From assembly GCA_963777955.1 (NCBI GenBank), contig CAVZSQ010000013.1, positions 32,001-96,000 on the forward strand: a stretch of 64,000 nt of DNA. The letters are read 5' to 3'. How positions within the stretch are numbered: position 1 is the stretch's first letter; every line of letters starts with the position of its first letter. The translations under genes and the position numbers were made by a program. Source of the DNA: Calditrichia bacterium (lineage in GTDB: Bacteria; Calditrichota; Calditrichia; JAJRVZ01). This document shows positions 11,287 to 21,940 of the stretch, piece by piece. The notes beneath the pieces are model-generated. The model saw only the letters and a program-made list of their open reading frames with translations. It searched no databases and was not told the DNA's origin.

Positions 11287-12456
11287 ATGAGTACCAGAGT
11301 TACCAAATTATTCATGTGTTTCATTTTATTGAGCATGTTCTTTTTTAGTGAAAGCCAGGCTCAGATTTTTTTTGAAACCGGAAAAATTGGCGTCCGGGTG
11401 AGCAACGCCGGTGCTGTCCGTATATATGCACCATCAACCAATGACAATCAGCAATTGTCCCGGGTGACAATTATCGCTGCCCTCTCCGAACAGGCTGTAT
11501 CTGATTATACTGATGATCATGATGCCGGCGATGTGGCCGCCGCTCTGGTTATTCCGCCGACCCTGGCTGATACAGAAGCTGTAGTAGAATTTAACAGCGA
11601 ATATTCCAGTTTACCACCAAAGGTATATTATCGCCTGCATGTCTATTCCTGGCTTAATGAATCGTACATCATTGCCCGCTTTACGGCAATCAACCAAACC
11701 GGACAGGAGGGTACCTTTTACATCGGCGCTACCACTGTACCACGTATTGCCGGAAGTTATGGCGGAGAAACCAACAGTTACAATATTACCCATAAAACAG
11801 ACTTTTAGTTATCGCGCTGTCGATACCTGCTATGCCGGTTACCGGCTGGTGTCAGCCGAACCCCACTCCTACCATGCTCTGGATTGGACGGTTTATTCTC
11901 CTTAGATCCCAGCAGTGACGTGGCGACCGATTCCACCCGTTATCACATGACTGCTGACGCCGGTTTTGATGCCGAGATGACCGCGGGTGGCGATGGTTCT
12001 ATTCTGAGTTTGAATGCCGGTGCTTTCACCCTGGCCGCCGGCGATTCCGCCGTGGTATATTACGCTATGGCCTTTGCTAAGAGCGAAACTGATCTGATGA
12101 CTGCTACCGATGCCGCACAGGCTAAATATAACGATCTGTTTACTGCGATTGACGACAATGCCGGTCCTGAAATCCTGTCTTCTTTTACACTGCAACAGAA
12201 TTATCCTAATCCATTCAATCCGAGCACTTCAATTCAGTTCAGTCTGAATAATAGCACAGATCTGCAGCTGAACGTTTATAATTTAAGTGGCCAGTTCGTG
12301 AATACAATTGCCGCGGGTACTTACAGTGCGGGATCGCATCTGGCTACCTGGAATGGCCGGGACAGCCGTGGAAATGAAGTAGCCTCGGGCATCTATTTAT
12401 ATCGCCTGATCAGCGCTAATACCAGTTTGACCAAAAAGATGATCCTGGTGCGATAA
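11287..12456 (+). CDS. Secreted protein with a C-terminal T9SS type-A/FlgD-Ig sorting domain (two apparent frameshifts near 11800 and 11900)
   Basis: RBS AGGAGG, signal peptide, and C-terminal LQQNYPNPFNPST...WNGRDSRGNEVASGIYLYRL...KKMILVR. Three consecutive frames join into one protein. Confidence 0.75.
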
Positions 12457-12508
12457 CAGATAGTAACTAACCACCAGTTAATAACCGGTTAAAAATGAGG
12501 TTTACTCA

Positions 12509-14980
12509 ATGAAAACTTTCACCATCATGCTGCTGCTGCTTTTACCAGCGGGCAGCCTGATCGCAGGTGTCACAGGAAAATTAGCCGGAACGATCATAAA
12601 CTCCGAAACCGGTGAAGCGTTGCCCGGAGCAAATATTCAGATTGTAGGCAGCACCCTGGGTGCGGCCGCCGATCTGGATGGACAATTCACTGTGCTGAAT
12701 ATTCCGCCTGGGATTATCGCCGTGAAGGCATCCTATATTAGTTGCGAACCAGTGACTATTACCGACATCCGCATCATGGTTGATTTGACGACCACGCTGA
12801 CGATCAAACTGCAACCCGTTACCGTATCTCTGGGCAAAGAGATTGTGATCGTCGCCGATAAAGCCATGATTCAGAGGGATCTTACCAGCACCAGTGCCGT
12901 AATACGGCGGGATGAACTTGATGATTTGCCGGTTTCGAGTTTTATCGATGTGTTAGCCTTACAGGGCGGTGTAATCGAACAGGGTGGCCGTTTGCATATC
13001 CGGGGCGGTCGCTCGAATGAAATTGCTTTCATGATAGATGGCATGTATGTAAAAGATCCCCTGCTGGGCCGCATGATTACCGAAATCAATAATGATGCTA
13101 TTCAGGAAATGAGTTTGCTCAGCGGAACATTTAATGCAGAATACGGCAACGCCCTGAGTGGAATCGTTAACATAGTCACACGGGATGGCGGAGAGAGTCA
13201 AAATGCCAGCCTGGAGTACCGCAGCAGTTCCTTCGGGATAGACCGTTACTCAGAACTGGGAGAATATCGTCTCAACGGCAGCCTGGGCGGCCCTTTATTT
13301 ACCGAACGGCTGAAATACTTTTTATCCGGCGAGCTGAATAACCGTGATAGTTATCTATCTTTCGGCTATGACCGTAATCTGACCCTGTTTAATAAATTAT
13401 CCTTCGCTTTTTTCCCGGCAGTAAAGATCACCATGTCAAACCGCTATAATCAGATCAAGCACCAGAACTACAGCCATGCTTATAAATATATTCCCGATCA
13501 GTATTACCGCAGCCGGACTAAGAACTGGCAAAGCACCCTGATGCTCACCCACACACTCAATACCAATTTATTTTATGATCTGCGCGTGTCTTATGTTTAC
13601 CAGGATTATTATTCAGGTATTGACAAGGATACCTCAGAATATATCTCGTCAGCCATGTGGGATTATCTCAGTACGGCCGGAAACGGATATGAATTCTGGG
13701 CCCGCGCCGATCCGATGGAACTAATCGAGAGCAGAACTAAAACTGTTGATGCCAAGGGAGACCTGGTCTGGCAGGTCGGACCGATTAATGAAATTAAACT
13801 AGGCCTGCAGTACCGCCAGCACTGGTTGAAGTTATTCAGCGTGTATGATCCCAAAAGAAATTTTCCGTACATCAATGATTACCGGATTGAACCGTTTGAG
13901 GCGGCCGCCTACCTGCAGAATAAAATTGAGTTCCCCTATTTAATTATCAATGTCGGGCTGCGCTTCGACTATTTCAATGCCAACGCCACCTTCCGCAGGG
14001 ATCCGCTCAGTCACGATAAACTGGTAAAAGTGAAGGCGCGCAACCAACTAAGCCCGCGTCTGGGTATCGCTCATCCCGTTTCGGAAAAAACAAAACTGCA
14101 TTTCGCCTACGGTCATTTCTTCCAGAATCCGGAATATCAATATTTATTTGAGAACCAGCAATATGATCTTAATGTACGCGAGCCGCTGTTCGGTCAACCC
14201 AATCTCGATGCTGAACGTACCATTGCTTATGAAGTCGGGATATCCCATCAGTTTTCGGAGCGCATCGCTGCACATCTGACCGCTTATTATAAAGATGTCA
14301 CGGGATTGATCGGTACCAGTTATTACGAGGCTTTTATGGGTAATACCGGCCGCTATGTAGGTTACACCGTGTATATCAATGAAGATTATGCCAACATTAA
14401 GGGATTTGAAATCAATATTGATGTGCGGCCAAGTAAATATTTTTCCGGTGGTCTAAGTTATACCTTGGCCATAGCCAGGGGCAGTGCTTCTTCCGAGGCT
14501 GAACAATATCCCGGTACCGAAGAATCAACCAAGTTATATTACCTGGATTTTGACCAGCGGCACAATCTAAATATTGAAACCATCTTTAAAATTCCGGCTA
14601 ATGAGGGGCCTGTTTTATGGGGCACGAGATTCCTGGCTAATACAGATCTCAGCATGATACTGAGGGCCGGTACCGGATTTCCTTATACACCCAGCGGGCG
14701 TGATATCGGTTTTGTAGAAAAGAATTCCCTGCGCATGCCCGGTCAATATACCCTGGATATGGAGATTGGCAAGACCTTCCAGGCCGGCTCAGGGCTTAAA
14801 CTGAGAATTTTCGCGGAAGTGTTAAATCTGACCGATCACCGGAACGTGATTTATGTATATGGAGATACCGGTGACGCGGAATATACCCTGGTTGGTGGTT
14901 ATTCCCGGGAGTATATGAGAGACCCGTCTAATTTTGGACCGCCCAGATCTGTAAGACTGGGTCTGGGATTCCAATATTAA
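12509..14980 (+). CDS. TonB-dependent receptor
   Basis: Signal peptide, CarboxypepD_reg-like N-terminus (GKLAGTI..ETGEALPGANI), plug HIRGGRSNE..MIDG, GTFNAEYGNALSGIVNIVT, barrel LSPRLGIAHP, terminal PRSVRLGLGFQY. Confidence 0.93.
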   Translation: MKTFTIMLLLLLPAGSLIAGVTGKLAGTIINSETGEALPGANIQIVGSTLGAAADLDGQFTVLNIPPGIIAVKASYISCEPVTITDIRIMVDLTTTLTIKLQPVTVSLGKEIVIVADKAMIQRDLTSTSAVIRRDELDDLPVSSFIDVLALQGGVIEQGGRLHIRGGRSNEIAFMIDGMYVKDPLLGRMITEINNDAIQEMSLLSGTFNAEYGNALSGIVNIVTRDGGESQNASLEYRSSSFGIDRYSELGEYRLNGSLGGPLFTERLKYFLSGELNNRDSYLSFGYDRNLTLFNKLSFAFFPAVKITMSNRYNQIKHQNYSHAYKYIPDQYYRSRTKNWQSTLMLTHTLNTNLFYDLRVSYVYQDYYSGIDKDTSEYISSAMWDYLSTAGNGYEFWARADPMELIESRTKTVDAKGDLVWQVGPINEIKLGLQYRQHWLKLFSVYDPKRNFPYINDYRIEPFEAAAYLQNKIEFPYLIINVGLRFDYFNANATFRRDPLSHDKLVKVKARNQLSPRLGIAHPVSEKTKLHFAYGHFFQNPEYQYLFENQQYDLNVREPLFGQPNLDAERTIAYEVGISHQFSERIAAHLTAYYKDVTGLIGTSYYEAFMGNTGRYVGYTVYINEDYANIKGFEINIDVRPSKYFSGGLSYTLAIARGSASSEAEQYPGTEESTKLYYLDFDQRHNLNIETIFKIPANEGPVLWGTRFLANTDLSMILRAGTGFPYTPSGRDIGFVEKNSLRMPGQYTLDMEIGKTFQAGSGLKLRIFAEVLNLTDHRNVIYVYGDTGDAEYTLVGGYSREYMRDPSNFGPPRSVRLGLGFQY

Positions 14981-15035
14981 CAAACCAAGTGATATATCGG
15001 GTAAAGAGATTAATTATGCTGGATGGTGGACAACA

Positions 15036-17841
15036 ATGAGGAATATTTTAAAATTCGTAGCCATTTTGCTGATCCTGTCGAACATTGGATTTGCTCAGAA
15101 CTCATTAAAAGACAAAGAAATAGTCTCAGCAGAATACACCAAGGTTGCAAAACCGGCCGCGGTCGAAGACCGGGCCGGTGGTACACATAATGCCAGTAAT
15201 ATCGGCCTGTTCTTCGAGAACCGCGGTAAACTCTATCCGCGCCGGATTACCCAGGGTCCCTCCGGTGAATTTCCGATCGGCTCGGGAAAAAATTATATCT
15301 ACCGCATTAATCCTTATGTCGGTATCCCCGGTAATGTTATTCAGGGACGATTCACCACCAATGAGGAATGGGAAGCCGTCGGCGGTTTTCAGAACCGCGA
15401 ATATGCCAAGATTGCTTTCAGCGATAATCCCGTTTCATGGAATCCGGACCTCGGTTGGCCGCTCAAGGATGCCGCAGGTAATCCGGTGGTCAAGTCCGAT
15501 CAGGATAGTTATTGTGTATATGATGATGCGAATAATACCGTCACACCTGTCGGTATTACTATTCACCAGACCGGTTATGCCTACGGAGTTAAATTCGCCC
15601 AGAATCTGCTTTTTTATAAATTCGAACTTATTAACAGCAGCAGCACAATCCTGGACAGCCTATATTTCGCCATGTATTGTGATATTGATATCGGTGATGT
15701 GAGCGGAGGACTTCCGGAATACGGGGATGACCGTCTCGATTTCGATAAAGAAAATAATTTCGTTTATTTTTTCGACGACGGACTTTCAGGCGAATGGACC
15801 GGGGGGATTACCGGCTATTTCGGTGTCGCCGTACTTGAAACACCTGCGACGGATGACGGAACTTTCGGTATAACCGATATGCATTATAACCTGTACAATG
15901 ACGATCGTGATGATGACAGTTTACAATTTGCCGTGCTTTCCAGCAATCCCGGTTTAATCAATCCACCTTCGCTGGTACCGAAATATTTTCACACTACGGG
16001 TGATCTTCATTATGATGATCCGGCGACGATTCCAGCTTCCGGTCTGGATTTGACAGCAACGCTTAGTTCAGGTCCTTATCATCTTGAGCAGGGTGATACC
16101 CTTGTTTTCTATACGGTGATCGTGGCCGGTAATAATAAGGAAGACCTGTACAACTCGCTGCAAACCGCTCAAAAAATAAAACAGTATAATTTCGAAATCA
16201 GCAAGCCACCGGCTACACCGACCCTGAGCGCTTATGCCGGCGATGGGTCGTATAACCTTATTCTGGAACGATGTAGCGGAGCGTTCCAAGGATAATTATT
16301 CCGGAGAATATGATTTCGAAGGATACCGGCTATATCGCAGTACCGATAAAGGACTCCATTGGGATCAATGGGATCGCAATGTGGATCCTTCTGTCGGAAT
16401 CGATCCGGTACCGTTGGCCCAATTCGATATCCGCAACAACCTTGGTCTGGATGCCGGACTGCAATATAGTTTTACCGATACGAATGTTTATAATGGATTT
16501 GAATACTGGTATACCCTGACCGCATATGATCGTGGTGACGAATCTACCGGCAGCCTGGAAAGCCCGCGGGGTAAGTCGCCTGATGCACTCAATACCGTTT
16601 CGGTCACGCCGCAATCCAAAGCCACGGGCCGGACCCCTGTTTTATCCGACACCGTCCATCATACCGGGCGGGGGAAATCAAATTATGTACTGAATGTCCA
16701 GCCCATTGATCAGGATTCCCTGGAAGACCGGGAATACCGGGTTCTGTTTTCTTACCAGCAACGCACAATAAAAGGTACCCTGCAGACCAGAATTGTCCCG
16801 GTGATTATCGATTCCGCAAAAACTGCGGCAAAAAATTATGGTGTTGAATTTATCGCCGCCAATTCCTTTAACCTGATCGATCTGGACACAGGCGAGGATA
16901 TTGGCGAGAATCCCCGCAGTTATCGCTCCGGGCTTGCTTATTCAGTTAACGCAGGGATGCGCATCAGGATAGAAGATCCCGATCCCGCAGCCGAACCTCA
17001 GTTTTTACCCAGGGCTGGCGACCAACTTACTCTCAATTATGCCGTTTTTGTCATCCGTGATAATATAGATACGGTTATTGCAGCCCAGCCATTCTTGATC
17101 GAAAAATCCTGTGCTACCGGGGATGGTGTCATATTCAACCTTGAACCTCCGGACATTATACAAAGCGTTTCCCGCATCGGTGGTACCGATATTCTGGATA
17201 TCACTTTTACGGTTGCCGATCAGGCACTGGTCACTAATAATTCCTATTGGATTTCAGTGGTTGGCAATGGTACGGATAATGATGATAATAATTTTGCAAA
17301 ATTGTTCCTGACCAGTCAGAGCGGCGATACCATGGTGTTTGATACTCTTTACAATGCCGATACTTTTGAATTTGCCGGGATCCTGGCCAGGATATCATTT
17401 CCTGATGACTCTCCGCCGGCACCCGGAAATACTTTTATGCTCGATACGGTGGTCCCGGTTGCACCCAATATACTGGATGCTTATCAATTTAAAATCAAGG
17501 GAGCCGTGGTCAGAATAGTTCAATTGCAGGATGAACTGAACCGGATCCGGGTTGTACCCAATCCTTACCTGGTCGCATCGCTCTATGAGCCGGAGTTCGG
17601 GGAATTGCGCCGCGAACCGCTCCGTCAGATACAGTTCATTAATTTACCGCAGGAATGTACCATCTATATCTTCACCATTGCCGGTGACCTGGTTAAGACC
17701 ATTGAACACAATGCACCACTGGGCACCGAGAAATGGGATTTAAGGGCCGCAGGGGGCCGGGAAATAGCATCCGGAGTATATCTATACGTCGTAAAAACCG
17801 TTGATGCTCAATATAAGAACACATTTGCAGTGATTAAATAG
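15036..17841 (+). CDS. Large secreted/surface protein of the TonB receptor-PorV cassette type (frameshift near 16245)
   Basis: Signal peptide, Fn3-like segment (PATPTL..GRITLFW..DFEGYRLYRS..YSFTD..YWYTLTAYD), C-terminal IRVVPNPY...IQFINLP..CTIYIFTIAG..WDL..IASGVYLYVV sorting-type domain. An extra G in a GGG run splits it into ORFs 15036..16295 and 16234..17841. Confidence 0.78.
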
Positions 17842-17851
17842 GTGACAGGCT

Positions 17852-18851
17852 ATGAAACAAATCTGCATTTTAGTACTGCTCGTTCCGGGGTTGATGACAT
17901 TGCCTTTATGGGCGGAAAATCCCAATCTGGGAACCAGCGGCGCTCAATTTTTAAAGATTCCCATCAGTGCCCGCGCAGCAGCCATGGGGGGAGCCTATAT
18001 TGGTATCTGTCAGGATGCTACGGCGGTTTTTTGGAATCCGGCCGGAATCGTCGGGGTCAAGACAAATTCATTTCACTTCTCCCATTCCAGGTGGTTTGAT
18101 ACCTTCGATGTAAATGCTGCTGCCTATGTCTATAATGCCGGCAATTTTGGAACGTTAGCAGCCAGTGCCCTGGTGCTTAGTGTGGACCAGATGGAAATCA
18201 CCACCGAATACAGTCCGAATGGTACCGGTCAGTTTTTCGACGCCCAGGATCTGGCTTTTGGAGTAAGCTGATGCCAGAAGTCTGACCGACCAGTTTCGTG
18301 TTGGTTTAACCGTACGCTATATTCATCAACGAATCTGGAATGAGACAGCCAGCGGTATTGCTTTTGATATCGGCACACAGTATCAGCTTTCATTCAGGAA
18401 TCTTACCCTGGCTATGAGCATGTCTAATTTCGGCCAGGACATGAGATTTGACGGGCCCGACCTCAGCGTGAATTACGACGCCAATTCTTCATTCCCCAAC
18501 CGGCTGACTTCAACACGCCTGGAGACGGAATCGTATCCATTACCCCTGAACTTTGAATTCGGTATAGCCATAGATATTTTCAATACACCATTCTCCCGCG
18601 GGATTCTGGCTATTGATGCTGTCCATCCCAATGATAACCGTGAACGAATTCATTTTGGCAGTGAGATTTCTTTCTATGACCGGTTATTTCTGCGGGGCGG
18701 ATACCGTTTGAATCATGACGACGAGCAATACAACCTGGGTTGTGGTTTCACTGCTGCACTTGGAACAATACAATTGAGTATTGATTACGCTTATTCACTC
18801 TATAAAATATTACCGGATGTCAACCGCATCTCTTTGGGAGCAAATTTCTGA
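17852..18851 (+). CDS. PorV/PorQ (UPF0164)-family outer-membrane protein (frameshift near 18270)
   Basis: GTSGAQFLKIPISARAAAMGGA...VFWNPAG and C-terminal LFLRGGY...IDYAYS..NRISLGANF. Deleting one base at about 18271 gives GVSYARSLTD and a continuous frame. Confidence 0.85.
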
Positions 18852-18867
18852 TCCGTGCATAATGAAG

Positions 18868-20570
18868 TTAATATATCGCCCAGGGTTGATAGACGATCAA
18901 ATGTAGATTTTGCCTGGCTGTGATCCGGTAGCAGGCAAAAATATTGCCCTGTTCGGGAACAAGCCGGAATTTCCAGTAACGGATCAGACCATAATCGGAC
19001 TGGGGTTCCAGCAGACAGGAAATCAGATTAGCGGCCGGTTGAGCGCAGTCGATATAAAAATCACCTTTCTTCAGCAACAACTTCATCTTTCTGCTGACCA
19101 GCTCGATTTTTTCCGGAGGCAGATAATCATATTTTGCAGGAATAACCGCACTTACTTCGTAAACTTCTGCCTCTGCTTCACAATCCTGGCTGATGAATGA
19201 AACTCCGATCCCCGATCGCTGTAAGGTCTCGATAACATCCTGATGAGCTGCCGGTATTATATAGCCCAGGGGCCGTGTAACACTTTGTTTCAGCTACAAC
19301 CCGCGGAAACCAGTTTTGAATCATGGTGATTACAATTTTTTGATCGGATGGATACGGGTACGGTGCAAAGTCGGAGTCTGACAGGGTTTCGCCGGCGTTG
19401 CGGTTAACCTTCATGATTCCAGTCAGCACAGAATCAGTGTGTTTAAATTCTTGAATGGTTAAAGCCGGTTGCTGTTCGTCACGGGCATATTCCATTTTCA
19501 AATGCACTCTGGTGGTTTCTGTATACGCTTTTGCCCCGCTAAGCAAATTTTTGCGCAGGGTCGAAACCAGATTTATAATTTCCGGATCATGAGCCGCAAC
19601 AACTTCGGCCATGGCTTTCAGACCTGAATATTGCCAGTGCGTACGTTCTGCCAGTGTGGCCAGGTCATGACGCGATGCACCTTCCTGGATAAAAGAAAGT
19701 GTCTGATAGATACCCATACTGTTACGGGTATCGTTAATATCGCTGGTGCTGTATCTCCGAATCATTTCCCGTCCCGCTGTGTCTTCAGGGCGCAGACCGG
19801 CGCCTGCAGCCGTATTTAAACCCATTTCTTCCTCGACCAGATATTCATGAAAGGTTATGCCTTCCTGTGCGAGTTTTTTACCCACTTCGGCCAGTATACA
19901 CTGCCGTGAAAACTCCTGAAGTTGCGGCTGGATATTGATATTGGATACGCAGCCCAGGGCAATCCGGTAGAAATTATCGCCGCGTTCATGGATATCGAGA
20001 GTGACCTCCGGCATCCAGCTCCTGAAAACCCGGTGAATAGCCTGAACTGCCTGGCTCTCCAGTTTTATATGGTCGCGGTTCAGGTCAAGTCCGAGTTCGT
20101 TTTCACGCCGGTCATAGAAGTTCCCATACGGATTGGCCTGGGGAATAATCAGGAAGTTGAGTTCCGCCAGCAAATATTTTAATTCTCCCAGAGCCAGATC
20201 GCGGATGAATTGCAGGGCCGCCTCTTTGGCCGATTGTTCATTGCCATGTTGCGAAGCGATCAGCAACAGGGTCGGTTTACTCCGGTTCAACTGGGCCGGG
20301 GTTCTGGCACCTTCCTGGCTTAGAATACACAGCAATAATTTCCCTGGCCGGGTAATTATCAACAGCGCTGGTGCGGCCGGCGACCTGTATAGAAATATTC
20401 GGGGCTAAGGCAGCAACCGTACTTAAAAATTGTAAAACATCCTCGTACTGGCTGAAACGGCTGTAGTTATTTTCTTCACCCGGAGTTTTTATAGTTCCGG
20501 TTGAACCGCAGCAGACTGTACAACTGACCAGAATCAACGTGAGTATAACTGTGGCAGATATTCTGTGCAT
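18868..20570 (-). CDS. M14 zinc carboxypeptidase-family protein, probable lipoprotein (three apparent frameshifts)
   Basis: SQHGNE (HxxE), NPYG, RRENELGLDLNRD, LDIHE. N-terminal LVSC lipobox. C-terminal RPLGYIIP and QPAANLISCLLEPQSDYGL continue in shifted frames to the stop at 18868. Confidence 0.8.
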
Positions 20571-20622
20571 AGCGGACCTCCGTTTTAAATGTTTATCTGG
20601 ATTCCGACTGAGCAAGGAACTG

Positions 20623-21769
20623 TTATTTAATTCTTTCCTGATGAATGGTGTATTTTGCTAATAGCTTCGGCAAAATCTTTACACCGCTGCCGCTGCCGGC
20701 AGGAATATCGATGAAACCATTTGAATCAAGCACCACCGGGGGTTCAACAATATCCTCATGAAAATAACGGCTGGTTTCCGAAGTATCGCCGGGCAGGTTA
20801 AAGTTTTTATCGGCCTGCAGATGGATATTAACGGCCCGGCCGATTCCTGTCTCATCCATACCCCCGGACCAGACACCGATATGATGATCTGCGGCAAAGC
20901 GGGCCATGCGCCGTGATTCCAGCAAGCCGCCCACCCTGCCCTGCTTGATATTGAGAATACGACAACTGCCCAGGGCAATCGCCGCGGCAGCATCGTCCAG
21001 ACTATGTATGGATTCATCCAGACAGAGAGGAGTTTTCAGGGCACGCTGCAGGATACTGTGTTGATAAATATCAAAATAGGAAAGCGGCTGTTCGATCATC
21101 ATCAGGTTGAATTTATCCAACTGCTGCAGGCTATCGGCAGCATCGCTCAACTGATAATCACCATTGGCGTCAACCATCAGCATGATATCCGGAAATTTTT
21201 CCCGGACGGCACGCACCCAGGCTATGTCCTGCCCCCGCTTAATCTTCATTTTAATGCGGTGATATTTTTTTCCCCGGGCATCTTCCACTGCAGCGATCAG
21301 CTCGCCGATATTGTTCTGTAGTCCGATACTTACACCGGACATGATTTTCCGGGCCGGGAAACCAAGGAACTGGTGTAAAGGGACATTGTTCTGTTTGGCC
21401 AGCAGATCGATGAGCGCGTTCTCCACGGCAGCTCTTGGCCATACTATTGCCACGAACCTGTTGAAAACGTTTTTCTACTTCTGCCAGGGTAACACCCCCT
21501 TCGATGCCGGGAATTAAAAAATCCTTGATAATATGACGTGCACTGACCGTGGTCTCCGGGCTGTAAAAAGGATCCGGATCGGCCACACATTCACCCCACC
21601 CGGTGCAGTCGCCGGCAGAAATTTTCACTAACAGCGCTTCCTTGACATTCCAGGTGTAAGTGCTGGTGGCAAATGGTTTGACAAACGGTAATCTGACAAT
21701 AATCAAATCTATCCGGTCAGTATTTCCTATTACCGCTTCTGTCTCGGACAGGGTTTCCAATTTATTCAT
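20623..21769 (-). CDS. menC: Enolase-superfamily OSBS / N-acylamino-acid racemase (frameshift near 21430)
   Basis: N-terminal LPFVKPFATS..GWGECVAD..PFYSPET, then KMKIK, DAN, EQP, DES, NIKQGRVGG, GGMDETGIGRA, PGDTSETSRYF, typical of the NAAAR/OSBS subfamily. Confidence 0.82.
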
Positions 21770-21940
21770 ACGGGTCTCTGACTTTCTTTAAATAAGTATC
21801 TCAATTTATATAATTATTTTAAATTCTAAAATATTTTGACGCCTGAATTTTTTGCGGGTTTCATCTGTCAGAAAGTATCTATATATTGCAGCGTGCAGTC
21901 AGCAGTTGTCGCAATTTCAGGACTATGAAAAGGTCGAGTA

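Noticed and set aside
18269..18271. Selenocysteine or stop-codon readthrough at the TGA in the PorV-like gene
   Set aside because: The coding sequence continues in a different frame. Removing one base gives the expected Tyr, so it is an indel.
11790..21440. Programmed frameshifting or phase variation in the utilisation locus
   Set aside because: Similar breaks occur in unrelated genes throughout the window with no common slippery motif, so sequencing error is the simpler explanation.
20623..21769. Menaquinone biosynthesis cluster
   Set aside because: Only the menC-like gene is present, and its neighbours are peptide-catabolic genes.
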